A stretch of 38,671 nt of DNA, taken from positions 1 through 38,671 of the IMG/VR virus record IMGVR_UViG_3300045285_000018; one strand, given 5' to 3'. This DNA is from a virus. Lineage: Duplodnaviria > Caudoviricetes. Positions 1-10,043 of the stretch are shown here, one piece after another. Below the pieces are notes generated by a model. It did no database searches. It was given only the letters and a program-made list of their open reading frames with translations, and was not told the DNA's origin. Each line of letters starts with the position of its first letter. The first letter of the stretch is position 1. The translations under genes and the position numbers were made by a program.

Positions 1-127
1 AACGCCGCCGCGGCACGCGCATCTGGCTATGTCGGCATGGCGAATGCCTTCAACACCGGGCTGGGCCAGTACGCGAACAACCAGCAGCAGCAGCAATACC
101 TGAACCAGATGAATGGCGGCATGAGCT
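1..127. repeat. Exact terminal overlap (copy 1) of a circular contig
   Basis: 1-127 is identical to 38545-38671; the ORF reads in frame through the join; 127 is a common assembler k-mer size. Confidence 0.95.
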
Positions 128-210
128 ACACGCCACCGCCTGACTATGGCACCGGTGGCGGTGGCCGTTCTGGCGACTACAGCGAAAACGCACAACTTTA
201 CGGGGTCTGA
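1..210 (+). CDS. 3' part of the gp7-like ejection protein
   Basis: Frame 1 reads NAAAARASGYVG...AQLYGV to TGA at 208-210, in frame with 37885 across the join. Confidence 0.8.
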   Translation, partial: NAAAARASGYVGMANAFNTGLGQYANNQQQQQYLNQMNGGMSYTPPPDYGTGGGGRSGDYSENAQLYGV

Positions 211-211
211 T

Positions 212-1684
212 ATGGACAACACCATCGCATTGCAAGTTCGGCCCCCTCAACTCGATTCGCCTATCGAATCCCAGGGCAAGGTGCTGCAGCTGCGCCAGAT
301 GCTGAACGCGGACCAGCAGGCGCAATACCAGCAGCAGCAGCAAGCCCAGGCCCAGCAGGATGATCAATCTTACCGTGCAGCCTTGCAGGCAAATCCGAAC
401 GGCGGCGCGGGCCTGCTGTCGGCGCTGGCCGGATCTGGCAACTACAAAGGCCACGCTGCAGCGGTGAAGGCCGACCAGGACCAGCGCAAGGGCAATGCCG
501 ATATCGACAAGACGAAAGCAGACACCGACAAGGCAAACCGCGAATCTGCCAGCCATCAGTTCGAAATGGCCGGGCAGCTGGCGGGCGCCTGGGCGAACAA
601 CCCCGGCGTGACCAAGCAGCAGATTTTGGCCGGCCTGAACGCTGCCGCGCACAGCGGCGTGATTTCGCCGGAAATCGCGCAGGCCAAGCTGGACGAAGTA
701 AGCGGGCTGCCCGAGGATCCGCGCGCGCTGAACGGCTGGGCCAAAAACACGCTGATGCAGGTGATGAAGGCAAAAGACCAGTTCGACCTGACCACCGTCA
801 GCGCCAACACGAAGGCCACGAACGATGTGTCGATCGCCAACAGCGTGCGCAGCGCGGCCAGCAGCAGGTATTCCGCGGACAGCAGCGCGCGCACCGCCGG
901 CGCCCGCCTGGCCTACGACAAGGAAAAGGACAAGTCGGGCGATGACGCCCCGATGGATCCGCTGGCCGTGCGCATGACGGCCCAGCAGTACCTTGCTGGC
1001 GACAGCGGCGTCATCGGAAACTTTGGCCGCGGCGCCCAGAGTGCGCGCAACCTGGTCAAAGTGCGAGAGGAAATCGCCCGCCAGGCCAATGCACAGGGTC
1101 TGAACGGGGCCGACATTGCCGCCAAAATGGCAGAATTCCAGGGTTTGAAAGCCGGACAGCGCACCGCCGGCACGCGCAGCGCTTCGATCGAGATTGCCGC
1201 CAATGAGGCCGCCGAACTGGCGCCGCTGGCGCTGGAGGCATCGCAAAAGGTCGCGCGCAGCGGCCTGCTGCCATTCGGCAAGGCGCAGATCATGTTCGAT
1301 TCGAACACCAACGACCCCGCGCTGCGACAGTTCGCCATGGCAAACAACGCTCTAGCGAACGCTTACGGTCAGGTCATGTCGCGCGGCGGTGTGGCGACCG
1401 TATCGGACAAGGAACACGCCAAGGAACTGCTGTCCACCGCGTTCGACCAGCCATCGTATGCCGCTGCCGTGCAGCAGCTGCAGGCCGAAATCAAGGCCGC
1501 GCAGAAGGCGCCAAAGGCTGTGCGCAAGGATATGTCGAACGAAACCAGCGGGCGCGACCATGACGGCAAGCGCGCCGGCGCCGCGCCCACATCGAACGCC
1601 AAGGGCTGGACCTTGCACACGGACGCCAGCGGCAATAAGGCGTATGTCAGCCCTGACGGCAAGCAATTCGAAGAGGTCAAATAA
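212..1684 (+). CDS. DNA ejection protein (positional equivalent of P22 gp20)
   Basis: ATG at 212 directly after the upstream stop; Ala/Gln-rich, predicted helical, 490 aa; synteny. Confidence 0.65.
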   Translation: MDNTIALQVRPPQLDSPIESQGKVLQLRQMLNADQQAQYQQQQQAQAQQDDQSYRAALQANPNGGAGLLSALAGSGNYKGHAAAVKADQDQRKGNADIDKTKADTDKANRESASHQFEMAGQLAGAWANNPGVTKQQILAGLNAAAHSGVISPEIAQAKLDEVSGLPEDPRALNGWAKNTLMQVMKAKDQFDLTTVSANTKATNDVSIANSVRSAASSRYSADSSARTAGARLAYDKEKDKSGDDAPMDPLAVRMTAQQYLAGDSGVIGNFGRGAQSARNLVKVREEIARQANAQGLNGADIAAKMAEFQGLKAGQRTAGTRSASIEIAANEAAELAPLALEASQKVARSGLLPFGKAQIMFDSNTNDPALRQFAMANNALANAYGQVMSRGGVATVSDKEHAKELLSTAFDQPSYAAAVQQLQAEIKAAQKAPKAVRKDMSNETSGRDHDGKRAGAAPTSNAKGWTLHTDASGNKAYVSPDGKQFEEVK

Positions 1685-3780
1685 TGGGCTTCGACCTGTC
1701 CACCGCAAAACCAGTAGCAACCGCCCCACCTGGTGGCGGTTTCGACCTTTCCACGGCCAAACCGGTGGAACAGAAGCCGATCGCGCAGAATTTTGAGGAC
1801 GTGCACCCGAACTTCCGGGCTGAAGCGATCGCCAATAAAAAGGCTGTGGACGACTGGCGCGCCGCCGGGTCGCCACAACTGTCAACGGCGCCGAAGACCG
1901 AGGCCGAATTTAACAAGGTGCGGTCTGTACTGGCCGGCCTGAATTACGAAAAAGAGCATGGCCGCGCGGCGCCTGAACTGCCGAAGCCGGCGCCGCCGCG
2001 CAAGGCGACCAAGGCCGATCTGGAGAATGAAGCGCGCCTGCGCGCGCCGGATCGCACCTGGCGCGATGACAACCTGCTGGGCAACGTGTTCGGCGTCCCG
2101 GATGCTGGTATCGGTGTGCTGGCGGCAATGGCAACGCCGGTGATTGCCGTCCCTGGCGGCTTCATCAAGTCGGCCATCAGCGGCGGTGACCCGGAACAGA
2201 ACGCCAGCGCCATTGCCGAACGCATCGCCTACCAGCCAGCCACCGGTACCGGCGCCCAGCTGCTGCGCGGCATTGGCAAGGTGGCCGAACCGCTTGGCGC
2301 ACTGCCCAGCACGCAGATGCTGCACACCGCCCAGGCAATTGGCAGCGGCAGCACCGCATTGCGCGGCCTGGCCGGTCCCAGCGCCGCCGCCATGGCCGCC
2401 CAGGACGCGCAAATGGTCGCTGGAGCGCCGAAGCTGACCGCCGGCACACTGGCCGACCTGGTGCGCGGCCCGAAGCCTGCAGGCATGGCTGGCGTGGGCG
2501 CTGCCGCGACGGCAGAAGAAACCCTGCGCGCCCAGCGCTTTGCCAACATGCGCGCGCCGATGCAGCCGACCAAAGGGATTTTGTCCCGGTCGATGGACGA
2601 CGTGCAGTTCGAACGCGAGGCGGCCAAGCGCCCGGAAGGCAAGGCACTGGACAACCGGTTCGCAGAACTGAACCGCGGCATGGAACAGCACATGGATGCG
2701 CTGGCCGACGAAACCGGGGCCACGGCATCAAGCTCGCGCCAGACCGGCAAAGCGGTGGTAAATGCGCTGGAAATGAAGCGCGCTGCCAAAAAGGCCGAAA
2801 TCAAGAACGCATACAAGGAAGCCGAGAAAAATGGCGACCTGGCCGAACAGGTCAGCGTCAAGCCGCTGCTTGACTTCGTGGAAAAGAACCGATCGGCGGC
2901 CAGCACCGCCAATATCGTGACGGCCATCGAAAAGGAAGTCGATCGCCTCTCTGGCGGCACCGGCAAAATGTCGATCAACGACATGGAACAGCTGCGCAAG
3001 ATGACGAACACGCTGTCCGAGCCTGGCACGCCAAATGGTGCCTTCGGAAAGCAGGCCGTTCAGGTGATTGACGACGCCACCGCCGGCAAAGGCGGCCCGG
3101 CCTACCAGCAGGCGCGCCGGCTGTATGAGAACTACGCGAACGAGTTTAAGAACCGCGACGTGATCGACAAGCTGCTGCGCACCAAGCGCGGCACCAAGGA
3201 TCGCGCGGTCGCAACCGAAGATGTGGCCGACCACATTCTGTTCGATGGCAGCCTGGATGACATGAAGCACGCTTTTCGCGTGCTGGAGGCCCACCCAGCC
3301 GGCACCGCCCCGGAAATCGTGGCAGCCGGCCAGCAGGCCGCCAGGGAACTGCGCGGCGCGGCCATCGCCAAGATGAAAGAACGCATGTTCAGTAACGCCG
3401 GCGCCGACTCGTCGGGCCGCGTGGTCGGGTCCGAAGCGCAAATCAAGCGCATCGTGGCCGAACTGGACCGCGACGGCAAGCTGGAACCGCTGTTCGGGAA
3501 GAAGGGCGCCGAAGAAATCCGCGACACCGTGAAGGTGGCAACGGACCTGTACAGCACACCGAAAGGTAGCGTGAACAGTTCGAACACCGCCAGCGCAATG
3601 GAAAAGGTCATGAATAAATTCGAAGGCATGTTCGGCGGCACGCCGGTGGCCGGCCATGCCATCAAGTACGCGGCCAAGAAATTGGAATCGCGCAACATGA
3701 CAAAAAAAGTCAACGCAGCGCTGCAACCGACACCGCCGACACCGCCGCGCACGCTGGGCGACATGACGGGGGATCAATAA
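1684..3780 (+). CDS. Large DNA ejection protein (positional equivalent of P22 gp16)
   Basis: 698 aa, helical and Ala-rich, coupled by TAATG; duplicated N-terminal GFDLSTAKPV. Confidence 0.65.
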   Translation: MGFDLSTAKPVATAPPGGGFDLSTAKPVEQKPIAQNFEDVHPNFRAEAIANKKAVDDWRAAGSPQLSTAPKTEAEFNKVRSVLAGLNYEKEHGRAAPELPKPAPPRKATKADLENEARLRAPDRTWRDDNLLGNVFGVPDAGIGVLAAMATPVIAVPGGFIKSAISGGDPEQNASAIAERIAYQPATGTGAQLLRGIGKVAEPLGALPSTQMLHTAQAIGSGSTALRGLAGPSAAAMAAQDAQMVAGAPKLTAGTLADLVRGPKPAGMAGVGAAATAEETLRAQRFANMRAPMQPTKGILSRSMDDVQFEREAAKRPEGKALDNRFAELNRGMEQHMDALADETGATASSSRQTGKAVVNALEMKRAAKKAEIKNAYKEAEKNGDLAEQVSVKPLLDFVEKNRSAASTANIVTAIEKEVDRLSGGTGKMSINDMEQLRKMTNTLSEPGTPNGAFGKQAVQVIDDATAGKGGPAYQQARRLYENYANEFKNRDVIDKLLRTKRGTKDRAVATEDVADHILFDGSLDDMKHAFRVLEAHPAGTAPEIVAAGQQAARELRGAAIAKMKERMFSNAGADSSGRVVGSEAQIKRIVAELDRDGKLEPLFGKKGAEEIRDTVKVATDLYSTPKGSVNSSNTASAMEKVMNKFEGMFGGTPVAGHAIKYAAKKLESRNMTKKVNAALQPTPPTPPRTLGDMTGDQ

Positions 3781-5201
3781 TGCAAATCCCATTCGTCGGT
3801 GCGTCCTACCTGGAGCGCAGCACCAACCTGGATTGCCAGGTGTGCATCAACCTTTTCCCGGTCACAGGGGAATCTGGCACGGCAAAGGCCGTCAGCGCGC
3901 TGTATGGCACACCAGGCACGCGCCCGCTTACTTCGGCGGCCAACGGTGCCGTGCGCGGCGAACACGCGCCTACGGACGGGGGCGCCGGAATCGTGGTGGC
4001 CGGCACGCGCGTCTACCGGCTGAGCGAAACGTTTGTCCTTACCGACATTGGCGCTGTGGACGACTTGAACACGCCCGTGAAAATTGACGACAACGGCCTG
4101 CAGGCGGTCATTGTCACCGGCCCGAACGGCTACGTGGTCGACCTGGTGCAGAACACGGTGACGCAAATTTCCGACCCGAGTTTTTACGGCGCCGATAACG
4201 TCGACTTCCTGAACACCTACGCGATTTTCAACCGGCCCGGCACAAACCAGTTTTACATCACCGGTGGGAACGAAATCACCTTCGACGCGCTGGACTTTGC
4301 CACGGCTGAAAGTAACTTCGAACCGATCATCAATTTCATCGTGAACCATGATGAACTGGTATTTTTCAAGCAGACCGTTACCGAAATCTGGCGCGCCAGC
4401 GCCAACCCTGACTTCCCGTTCGCGCGCGATACAAACGCGTCGATCGAGCAGGGTTGCATGGCCCGCGATTCGGTCGCCTCGCTGGACAACACCATTTTCT
4501 GGCTGGGAAAGAACGCGGACGGCGCCGGCATCGTGTGGCGCCTGAACGGCTACACGCCGGTGCGGGTCAGCACCAACGCGATCGAAACCGCGATTGCCAG
4601 CTATGGCGATGCTTCCGACGCCGTGGCCTACGCCTACCAGCAAGAGGGGCATTCGTTCTACGTGATCAGCTTCCCAACCGGGAATGTCACCTGGGTGTAT
4701 GACGTGTCCACCGGGCTGTGGCACCAACGTGCCTACCTGAACCCGGTCAGCGGAAACCTGGAGCGGCACCGGTCGAACAGCCACATGTATTTTGCCAACA
4801 CGCATGTGGTGGGCGATTACGAGAACGGCAACCTGTACGCGCTGGACTTGGATTATTTCAAGGATGGCACCAGCCCGATGCCATCTATTCGCGCAACGCC
4901 CCACATTTCAACACCGGATTACCAGTGGATCACGCACGACTGCCTGCAAATCGACATGGAAACCGGTGTTGGCCTGGTGAGCGGCCAGGGCGTCGACCCG
5001 GTGGCGCTGCTGGACTGGTCAGACGATGGCGGCAAGAACTGGAGCAACCAGCACGACCGCAGCATGGGCGCCATTGGCGAGTTCGCCAACCGCGTGCGCT
5101 GGCATCAAATGGGGCGTTCGAAAGATCGCGTGTACCGATTGACGATTTCTGACCCGGTAAAACGGGCCATCTTCGGCGCCACGCTGAACCCAAGGCAATA
5201 A
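3780..5201 (+). CDS. Tail hub / packaged-DNA stabilisation protein, P22 gp10-like
   Basis: 473 aa; LYGTPG, TWVYDVSTGLWH and WSDDGGKNWS motifs typical of the family. Confidence 0.85.
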   Translation: MQIPFVGASYLERSTNLDCQVCINLFPVTGESGTAKAVSALYGTPGTRPLTSAANGAVRGEHAPTDGGAGIVVAGTRVYRLSETFVLTDIGAVDDLNTPVKIDDNGLQAVIVTGPNGYVVDLVQNTVTQISDPSFYGADNVDFLNTYAIFNRPGTNQFYITGGNEITFDALDFATAESNFEPIINFIVNHDELVFFKQTVTEIWRASANPDFPFARDTNASIEQGCMARDSVASLDNTIFWLGKNADGAGIVWRLNGYTPVRVSTNAIETAIASYGDASDAVAYAYQQEGHSFYVISFPTGNVTWVYDVSTGLWHQRAYLNPVSGNLERHRSNSHMYFANTHVVGDYENGNLYALDLDYFKDGTSPMPSIRATPHISTPDYQWITHDCLQIDMETGVGLVSGQGVDPVALLDWSDDGGKNWSNQHDRSMGAIGEFANRVRWHQMGRSKDRVYRLTISDPVKRAIFGATLNPRQ

Positions 5202-6220
5202 TGGGCCTGAACCTTTTCCCTGTTCGTGTTCCGATCGGTAAGGCGATCGACGCATCCGGCAAGACGCTGGACGTGCTGATGACCCCTGAATTTTCGCGCG
5301 CGCTGTCCGATCTGTTCGTGCGCGTGGGCGGCGAGACTGGATCGAGCAGCGATGATATCGAAACCCTGGCCGCCGAAGGCCTGGTGCCGACCCCCGCCGC
5401 GCCCGCGGCTGACCAGCAGCCCGACACGCCGCCGGAAGTCGCCGCGCTGATGAATGAATTGGTCCAGCTGCGCCAGCAGATGCAGGCGCTGCAGCAGCAG
5501 TTCGAACAATTCACACAGCCGGCGCCATCCAGCAACGCCGACCTGGAGGAACTCATTTTCTCCATGAGCAGTTTCTACACGGGTGTGGATTGGGGGCGCC
5601 CTGGAAAGATCGGGCTTTATTCTGCTAATTCTGGTGCCTTCACCACCTTGACCGCCAGCGGTGCCGTGGCGCTGTCGCCTGCCAATGCAAACGTGGTGCT
5701 GGCGCCCACAGGAACCGGGGTGGTAACGATTAACCCGGCCACGCTCGGGTCCATGAACAAGGTGGCGATTGGCGCAACTACTGCTGCATCGGGCAGATTT
5801 ACGACTGTTGACACTACCAATTCTGCAGGTGGCGCGGCCAGCGTAGCGTATCGGCTGTTTGACGCCACCGGGAATTACAGTTTTGGCATGGGGCCGACAT
5901 CAACCGAGGGATTCATTAACTACAACTCAGGAACCGCATCCAGTGCAATATTCGGGCATCGCTGGAATGTCAACGGCATCGAGGTGGCAAAAGTGGATGG
6001 AACCGGGCTATTTTCCGCAGCATCCTTGAAATCGGTTGGCGCGTTTGGCTGCAACGGGAAGGCGGCGCAGACCGCTGCCGCATCCGGCGGCGCGGTGGCC
6101 GGCACCGGCGCGACCAACGCCGCACCGTACGGCTACACCACGGCGGCCCAGGCTGACGCCATTGTTTCGCGCCTCAACACCATGCAAGCGGCTCTTGTTG
6201 CCAACGGCATTCTTTCTTAA
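5201..6220 (+). CDS. Tail needle/fibre-like virion protein
   Basis: Follows gp10; coiled-coil segment (LMNELVQLRQQMQALQQQ) then a Gly/Thr/Ala-rich beta region. Confidence 0.55.
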   Translation: MGLNLFPVRVPIGKAIDASGKTLDVLMTPEFSRALSDLFVRVGGETGSSSDDIETLAAEGLVPTPAAPAADQQPDTPPEVAALMNELVQLRQQMQALQQQFEQFTQPAPSSNADLEELIFSMSSFYTGVDWGRPGKIGLYSANSGAFTTLTASGAVALSPANANVVLAPTGTGVVTINPATLGSMNKVAIGATTAASGRFTTVDTTNSAGGAASVAYRLFDATGNYSFGMGPTSTEGFINYNSGTASSAIFGHRWNVNGIEVAKVDGTGLFSAASLKSVGAFGCNGKAAQTAAASGGAVAGTGATNAAPYGYTTAAQADAIVSRLNTMQAALVANGILS

Positions 6221-6239
6221 ACCCAGGGAGTTATAAAAA

Positions 6240-6572
6240 ATGATCACAAATTACTTTTTCGACGGCGGCAACGTCAGCGCCGCACTGGTCACCCAGGGTG
6301 ATGTTGTTCCTGCGAACACCAAGCGGAAGATCACAGGGGCAGTGGTCTGCAACGACACCGCCGCTGCGAAGCTGTTCACAGCGCAGATGGTGGGCAGCGC
6401 GGGCGCGGGCGCGGTAACCCTGATCAGCGCGCGCACGATCAATCCGGGCGAAAGCTACACCTGCCCGGAACTGGTTGGCCGCGGCATGGGGCCAGGCGGT
6501 TACCTGCAGGTGTCGGCAGATGTTACCGGCATGGATTTCAAATTCGAAGCACTCAACATCACCAACGGATAA
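6240..6572 (+). CDS. Small beta-rich hypothetical virion protein
   Basis: GGGAG RBS; 110 aa; inside the tail module. Confidence 0.55.
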   Translation: MITNYFFDGGNVSAALVTQGDVVPANTKRKITGAVVCNDTAAAKLFTAQMVGSAGAGAVTLISARTINPGESYTCPELVGRGMGPGGYLQVSADVTGMDFKFEALNITNG

Positions 6573-6575
6573 GCC

Positions 6576-8345
6576 ATGTTCACAGCCTTGATGCCCAACC
6601 CAAAGCAGCAGTTTTTCGACAACAACGGCATTCCGTTGATTGCCGGGAAGGTGTACACCTACGACGCCGGCACCAGCAATCCCAAGGCGACCTACACAAA
6701 TGAAATTGGCACGATCCCGCAAGCCAACCCGATTATTTTGAATGCGCGCGGCGAGCCAGCCAACGCCATTCGCTGGGTGGGCGCCTACCGCGTCGAGGTG
6801 CGCGACGTGCTGAACAACCTGATTTACACGGTTGACGATTTTCAGACCCCGATCGGCGCAGATGAAATTGCCGACATTACCGGCGCCGGCCTGGTTGGCT
6901 TTGATATTGGTCAGGTGTACCCGCTGGGTAGCGTAGGGCGCTTCCTGGTCGACCTGGGCCTGTCGACTGGCGCCACGTTTATGCGCTACATTTCGTCGGT
7001 GGTGGGCGCGGTCGCGCGCACGGTGCAAGCCAAATTGCGCGACGAAGTAACCACGGCGGATTTTGGGTGCGTCGGTAATGGCGTGGCTGACGATACGGTG
7101 GCGCTGGGCAAGGTAAAAACGGCACTGAACTCTGGCGTGGTGGTGCGCGGCCTTCCTGGCGTTCACCTTACATCGCTGCCGCTGGTGTTCACTTCGGCGC
7201 CCAATTTCATTTGCGACCCGGGTTTCCGTATCAAGCTGACCGCTGCCGCCGATTCGGTGATCAAGATCGACGGCAGCGGCGGCGGCCCTGGCTGGCTGTA
7301 CGGCTCGCAACTGAAGAATCTTATTCTGGATGGGAACGGCTTCGCACAGCATGGCCTTGACCTGAAAAATGTCATCAATGGGACGTTTGACGATGTTCGG
7401 GTTACCAACACCGTGGTGTCTGGTTTCAAACTTGGATGGGCGCAGTTGTGCAACTTCCGAAACATCATCGTCAGCGGCAATATCGAGGCCTTTACCACTA
7501 CGCCGCAGAACGGCATTCTGGTCGACGGCACCGTGTCTTCGTCCGCAAACACGTTCGAAAATATCAGCATGGAGAAAGTCAGCGGATCCGGCGTCAAGGC
7601 GCTTTCCCTGATCAACTCGCAATTCATCGGCGGCACCAGCGAAGGCAACGCCGTGGGCCTTGAGTTTGGCGAAACCGTCGACGTGGGCCGCACTGCCGTG
7701 GGCAATATCGTGCTGGGCATGGATATGGAAGTCAATTCGGTGAGCGACGTTATCTTGCGAGTGACCGCAAACACGAACAGCTTTTACGCGCTCCAGGCCG
7801 GCTATCTGTCGCCAGCCGTCCAGATTCTTGGCTCAAGCAATAACTATTTTTCTGGCGGTTCGGTGGGCGGCATCACCATGAACGCGGCCAGCCATGACAA
7901 CCGCATCGATTCAGTGAAAATGTTTGGTGTTGGCGCCACGATCACGGACGCCGGCACCTTCAACAACTGGCGCGGAATCTACAACGTGTCGACCGCCACC
8001 CGCATTGCTGATTCTGGCACGCGCGGGAAGGTGAACTATGCACCTGGCGCAGGGGCGACGGTATCTATTGACCTGGCAGTATGCAATTTTGCATCTGTGC
8101 GCGCCACTGGCACACCGATCAATATCGCTCTCGTTCCTGTAGCCACGGATGCGCTGGAAGTGGACGTTACCATTTACAACGTGAGCGGTGCGCCGATAGT
8201 CGTCAACTGGTCGGCAGCCTTCAAAATCACCGGCTGGGTTAATCCGGCAAATGGATTTAATCGCACGGCGCGATTCCGCATCGACAACGCCAGCGGCGGT
8301 TTCGTCTTCGTTGAATTTATCACCGCAGTGGACAACGCCAATTAA
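6576..8345 (+). CDS. Tailspike / receptor-binding protein with head-binding N-terminus and beta-helix body
   Basis: QFFDNNGIPLIAGKVYTYDAGT particle-binding domain; DFGCVGNGVADDT pectate-lyase-3-like start; Asn/Gly-rich beta-helix; lower GC. Confidence 0.85.
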   Translation: MFTALMPNPKQQFFDNNGIPLIAGKVYTYDAGTSNPKATYTNEIGTIPQANPIILNARGEPANAIRWVGAYRVEVRDVLNNLIYTVDDFQTPIGADEIADITGAGLVGFDIGQVYPLGSVGRFLVDLGLSTGATFMRYISSVVGAVARTVQAKLRDEVTTADFGCVGNGVADDTVALGKVKTALNSGVVVRGLPGVHLTSLPLVFTSAPNFICDPGFRIKLTAAADSVIKIDGSGGGPGWLYGSQLKNLILDGNGFAQHGLDLKNVINGTFDDVRVTNTVVSGFKLGWAQLCNFRNIIVSGNIEAFTTTPQNGILVDGTVSSSANTFENISMEKVSGSGVKALSLINSQFIGGTSEGNAVGLEFGETVDVGRTAVGNIVLGMDMEVNSVSDVILRVTANTNSFYALQAGYLSPAVQILGSSNNYFSGGSVGGITMNAASHDNRIDSVKMFGVGATITDAGTFNNWRGIYNVSTATRIADSGTRGKVNYAPGAGATVSIDLAVCNFASVRATGTPINIALVPVATDALEVDVTIYNVSGAPIVVNWSAAFKITGWVNPANGFNRTARFRIDNASGGFVFVEFITAVDNAN

Positions 8346-8388
8346 ACCATCACCCACTTAGCTGTGGGGTAGCGAAAGGATATACCCG

Positions 8389-8634
8389 ATGACAACGCCA
8401 ATCGACCACGAAAACGCCGTCAAGCTGGCCGTGATGGAAACCGAAATGATGCACATGAAAGCGGCTATTGCGGACCTGAAGTTTTCAAATGCCAGGCAAA
8501 CCGAAAAAATCGACCTGATTTTGACGGCCATGCACGAGGCAAAGGGCGGCTGGCGAACCTTGCTGATGATGGGCGGCGCCGCTGGCACCGCTGGCGGTTT
8601 TTTAACCTGGGCGCTGTCCCATTGGAAGGGCTGA
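8389..8634 (+). CDS. Putative holin-like protein (coiled coil + C-terminal TM helix)
   Basis: Immediately upstream of the endolysin; hydrophobic C-terminus. Confidence 0.5.
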   Translation: MTTPIDHENAVKLAVMETEMMHMKAAIADLKFSNARQTEKIDLILTAMHEAKGGWRTLLMMGGAAGTAGGFLTWALSHWKG

Positions 8635-8635
8635 T

Positions 8636-9103
8636 ATGTCACCGTCTGAATTTCTCGATCAAATTGTGCCAGCTGCGCGCGCATCGCACCGCGCCAGCGG
8701 CATCCCCGCCAGCTTCACCCTGGCGCAGGCCGCGCTAGAATCGGCCTGGGGCGCGTCCAAGCTGGCAAAGCAGGGATTCAACCTGTTCGGCGTCAAGGCG
8801 GATTCAGCGTGGAAAGGCGCCGTGCTGATGATGGAAACCGCCGAGTTCGAAAACGGCAAGCGGGTGATGGTGATGGCGCGCTGGCGCCAGTATCCAACCT
8901 GGGGCGCCTGCCTTGCCGATCGAGTTGATTTCTTCAAGCGGAACAAGCGCTATGCCGCCTGTTTCAAGGAAACCACGGGCCCTGGCTGGTGCCGCGCCGT
9001 GGCCGCCGCCGGCTATGCGACCGATCCTGACTATGCCGACAAGCTGCTGGCCATGATCAAGGGCCGCAACCTGGAACGCTTCGACAGTCTGGAAACGCCA
9101 TGA
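8636..9103 (+). CDS. Endolysin, GH73 glucosaminidase (FlgJ-like)
   Basis: AQAALESAWG, NLFGVKA and GYATDPDY motifs. Confidence 0.92.
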   Translation: MSPSEFLDQIVPAARASHRASGIPASFTLAQAALESAWGASKLAKQGFNLFGVKADSAWKGAVLMMETAEFENGKRVMVMARWRQYPTWGACLADRVDFFKRNKRYAACFKETTGPGWCRAVAAAGYATDPDYADKLLAMIKGRNLERFDSLETP

Positions 9104-9297
9104 GCAGCACGCGCGCCAAAACAAAAGCCGGCGTCGGCGTGGTCGGTTACCTGGTGTGGGCGCTGTTCGCCTACCTGGACCCGGCTGCCCGTGCAGACTT
9201 CCTGAAATTCAATATCGGTTGCGTGGTTGGCGTGGTCGGCCTGATACTGCGTGACATGCCCCATTCACCTTCCCCACCACCGAAAGACCCACCATGA
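9100..9297 (+). CDS. Small two-TM membrane protein in the lysis cassette
   Basis: ATGA coupling; two hydrophobic segments. Confidence 0.55.
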   Translation: MSSTRAKTKAGVGVVGYLVWALFAYLDPAARADFLKFNIGCVVGVVGLILRDMPHSPSPPPKDPP

Positions 9298-9647
9298 AAA
9301 CGTTCCGCAATACTATCCTGCAGCTGCTGGCCATGTGCATGCTGTTGACCGCATGTACTCAGGCTGGGCTGGCGCCTGCGCAAAGCCTGGAAGAAAAAAT
9401 AGCCTACGGCTACAGCGTCAATGCCGCAGTGCGCACCAGCGCCGCCCAAGCCCTGAAAGCTGGAAGCATCAATATTTCAGATGCCAAGCAGGCGCTGGTC
9501 ATCACCGATACCGCCAGGGACGCCCTAGACGCCGCCAGCACCGCGAACGGGCAAGGCGACACCACAACGGCCATGGGTAAGTTGGCGATGGCCACAGCGC
9601 TGCTTACGCAGCTTCAGCAGTATCTACAGACCAAAGGGGTAAAGTGA
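9294..9647 (+). CDS. Lipoprotein in the lysis cassette (possible spanin-like)
   Basis: Signal peptide with lipobox LTA-C. Confidence 0.65.
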   Translation: MKTFRNTILQLLAMCMLLTACTQAGLAPAQSLEEKIAYGYSVNAAVRTSAAQALKAGSINISDAKQALVITDTARDALDAASTANGQGDTTTAMGKLAMATALLTQLQQYLQTKGVK

Positions 9648-9859
9648 TGGGAACGATTGAGGCATTGAACGCGCTGCTGGCGCTGATGAACACGGCCATG
9701 AACGCGATGGCGTCGGCCATGGAAGTGTCGGGCATTATCGCCAAGGCCCATGGCGAAGGCCGCACCACTCTGACGGCAGATGAAATGGCCGCCGTAAAAG
9801 GAATCGATGACGCGGCCCGCAAGGTGCTGGCCGACGCCATCGAGCCAGTTAAGGATTAA
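9644..9859 (+). CDS. Hypothetical protein, last gene of the late operon
   Basis: GTGA coupling; amphipathic, 71 aa. Confidence 0.55.
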   Translation: MMGTIEALNALLALMNTAMNAMASAMEVSGIIAKAHGEGRTTLTADEMAAVKGIDDAARKVLADAIEPVKD

Positions 9860-10043
9860 TCGGCGCCACCATGGCGCGGCGGTCGAACCCGCCGCGCTGC
9901 TCAGGCTCATGCTGCCGTACCTTGCCGCGCCGGTCGTAATGCTGGCGCAGCAGGACTTCAACCTTGGCAATCGCCATTGCCTTGTCAAGTTCCTCATTCA
10001 GCAAGCGGCGTTCTTCTTCTGTCGGCTGGTCATAGTTGCTCAT
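9849..10043 (-). CDS. Hypothetical protein
   Basis: ATGA-coupled last gene of the leftward operon. Confidence 0.5.
   Translation of the reverse strand: MSNYDQPTEEERRLLNEELDKAMAIAKVEVLLRQHYDRRGKVRQHEPEQRGGFDRRAMVAPINP

Noticed and set aside
146-211. ORF-track start at 146 for the 512-aa protein (similarly 27016, 35109, 35549, 24769)
   Set aside because: These upstream extensions overlap other genes or terminators; downstream ATGs with an RBS or translational coupling fit better.
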